A DNA stretch of 8,618 bases from Azolla caroliniana (lineage: Eukaryota; Plantae; Polypodiophyta), in NCBI GenBank assembly GCA_043228905.1, contig JBHGNT010001427.1, forward strand, positions 1 through 8,618, given 5' to 3'. Positions 7,990 to 8,618 of this stretch are shown piece by piece (position 1 is the stretch's first letter; every line of letters starts with the position of its first letter). The notes below the pieces were generated by a model. That model saw nothing but the letters and a program-made list of their open reading frames with translations, ran no database searches and was not told the origin of the DNA. Both the position numbers and the translations under genes were made by a program.

Positions 7990-8618
7990 ACACTCTCATA
8001 AGAATTAATGGCATTTAAGAACCGATGATAGCACTAATTGAGCTTGAAGAAAGTGGGATGGGTTCAGCTAAGGTGTCGCTATATGGTGAAGAAAGTGTCT
8101 ACGTTGTCTGTGTCAAGGTGTGGCTTATCATATGCAGGAAGCTCTTGAGAGGACCTCATGACTCCAATTTGTCTTGCGTGGGTAAGAATAACTTGTATGA
8201 CAAAAGTTTTGCCCCTATAGAAGAATGGATTAGGGATGTTTCGATTCGAAAAGGTGAAAATGGAAGTCGGGATCGAAGGGAAGAAACTCATTGGCATGGC
8301 CGATCAAAAGACTAAGAAGACAACCCGAAACAAGCTTGTCATGATAACAATCGAATTTGTCCTACGAACAACGTCTACGTTTTTTTGGGGGGGGGTGTAG
8401 GAGGCTAGCGAAACTCGTGGAAAATCCGAGGAAGAAATTTGGGTGAAGCACATTGCATCAAACAATGGCTACTTGGATGTGTAGAGAGATTGTGGGCAAT
8501 TGGCAATTCAGAAGAAGGGAAACAGGGGCTCACTTTGCCTGCAGCATAAATGAGTTTTGATGGCATCATTCATCACTTTTGGACCCCAAGTTCTGGATTT
8601 GATCTACAAAAACTGTCT
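7990..8618 (+). mobile_element. Degenerate L1-like LINE ORF2 3' fragment C, running off the window
   Basis: ELEESGMGSAKVSLY (8040-8084; cf. LExSGxFSVKSLY), VWLIICRKLL (8118), FAPIEEWIRDV (8208), FWG..V*EA..RN (~8383-8414; cf. WxxWxARN), FWTPSSG (8577-8597; cf. WxPPxxG before RNase H). Shares AAAGTT(C/T)TGCCC(C)TATAGAAGAAT..GGGATGTTT(T/C)GATTC, GGAAGAAACTC and TTGATGGCATCATT with fragment B. Confidence 0.72.

Noticed and set aside
8196-8240. DK.FAPIEE.GLG as the LINE post-RT WDKVCxPxEEGGLG motif
   Set aside because: It needs frameshifts; the homolog in fragment B (FCPIEESIGDV) and the flanking motif order fit zf-RVT better.
8025-8315. 96-aa ORF (and the antisense 72-aa ORF at 8079-8297) as a small gene
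   Set aside because: It is the residual frame of LINE fragment C; the zinc ligands are lost and the homologous frame in fragment B has stops.
8380-8395. T7G9 run as an LTR polypurine tract or G-quadruplex
   Set aside because: It is a single G run that maps onto the LINE F-W-G codons and is best explained by homopolymer slippage.

Overview
AT-rich, CpG-depleted eukaryotic DNA, most likely land-plant intergenic or pericentromeric sequence, with no intact gene. The window reads as layers of decayed transposons. (1) An old, diverged direct duplication of about 2 kb (~1404-3496 vs ~5941-7834; 77% identity in one 87-nt block aligned by hand). Its minus strand carries decayed FAR1/MULE-type SWIM-finger transposase motifs and, less certainly, Ulp1/C48 protease motifs. 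(2) A 303-bp non-autonomous hAT-type element at 2003-2305 with TAGGAATCG termini and a perfect 8-bp target site duplication (TSD); its empty site survives in the second copy. (3) Three plus-strand fragments of L1-like LINE ORF2 3' end (zf-RVT, WxxWxxRN, RNase H) at ~3500-4000, ~4800-5570 and ~7990-8618. (4) A probable minus-strand LTR with a degenerate tRNA-Met primer binding site at 4020-4696. (5) Several small tandem, filler and inverted-repeat scars. All protein assignments come from motif recognition in hand translations across stops and frameshifts, not from database searches. I found no evidence for a new functional system; the interest is in the nested transposon history.
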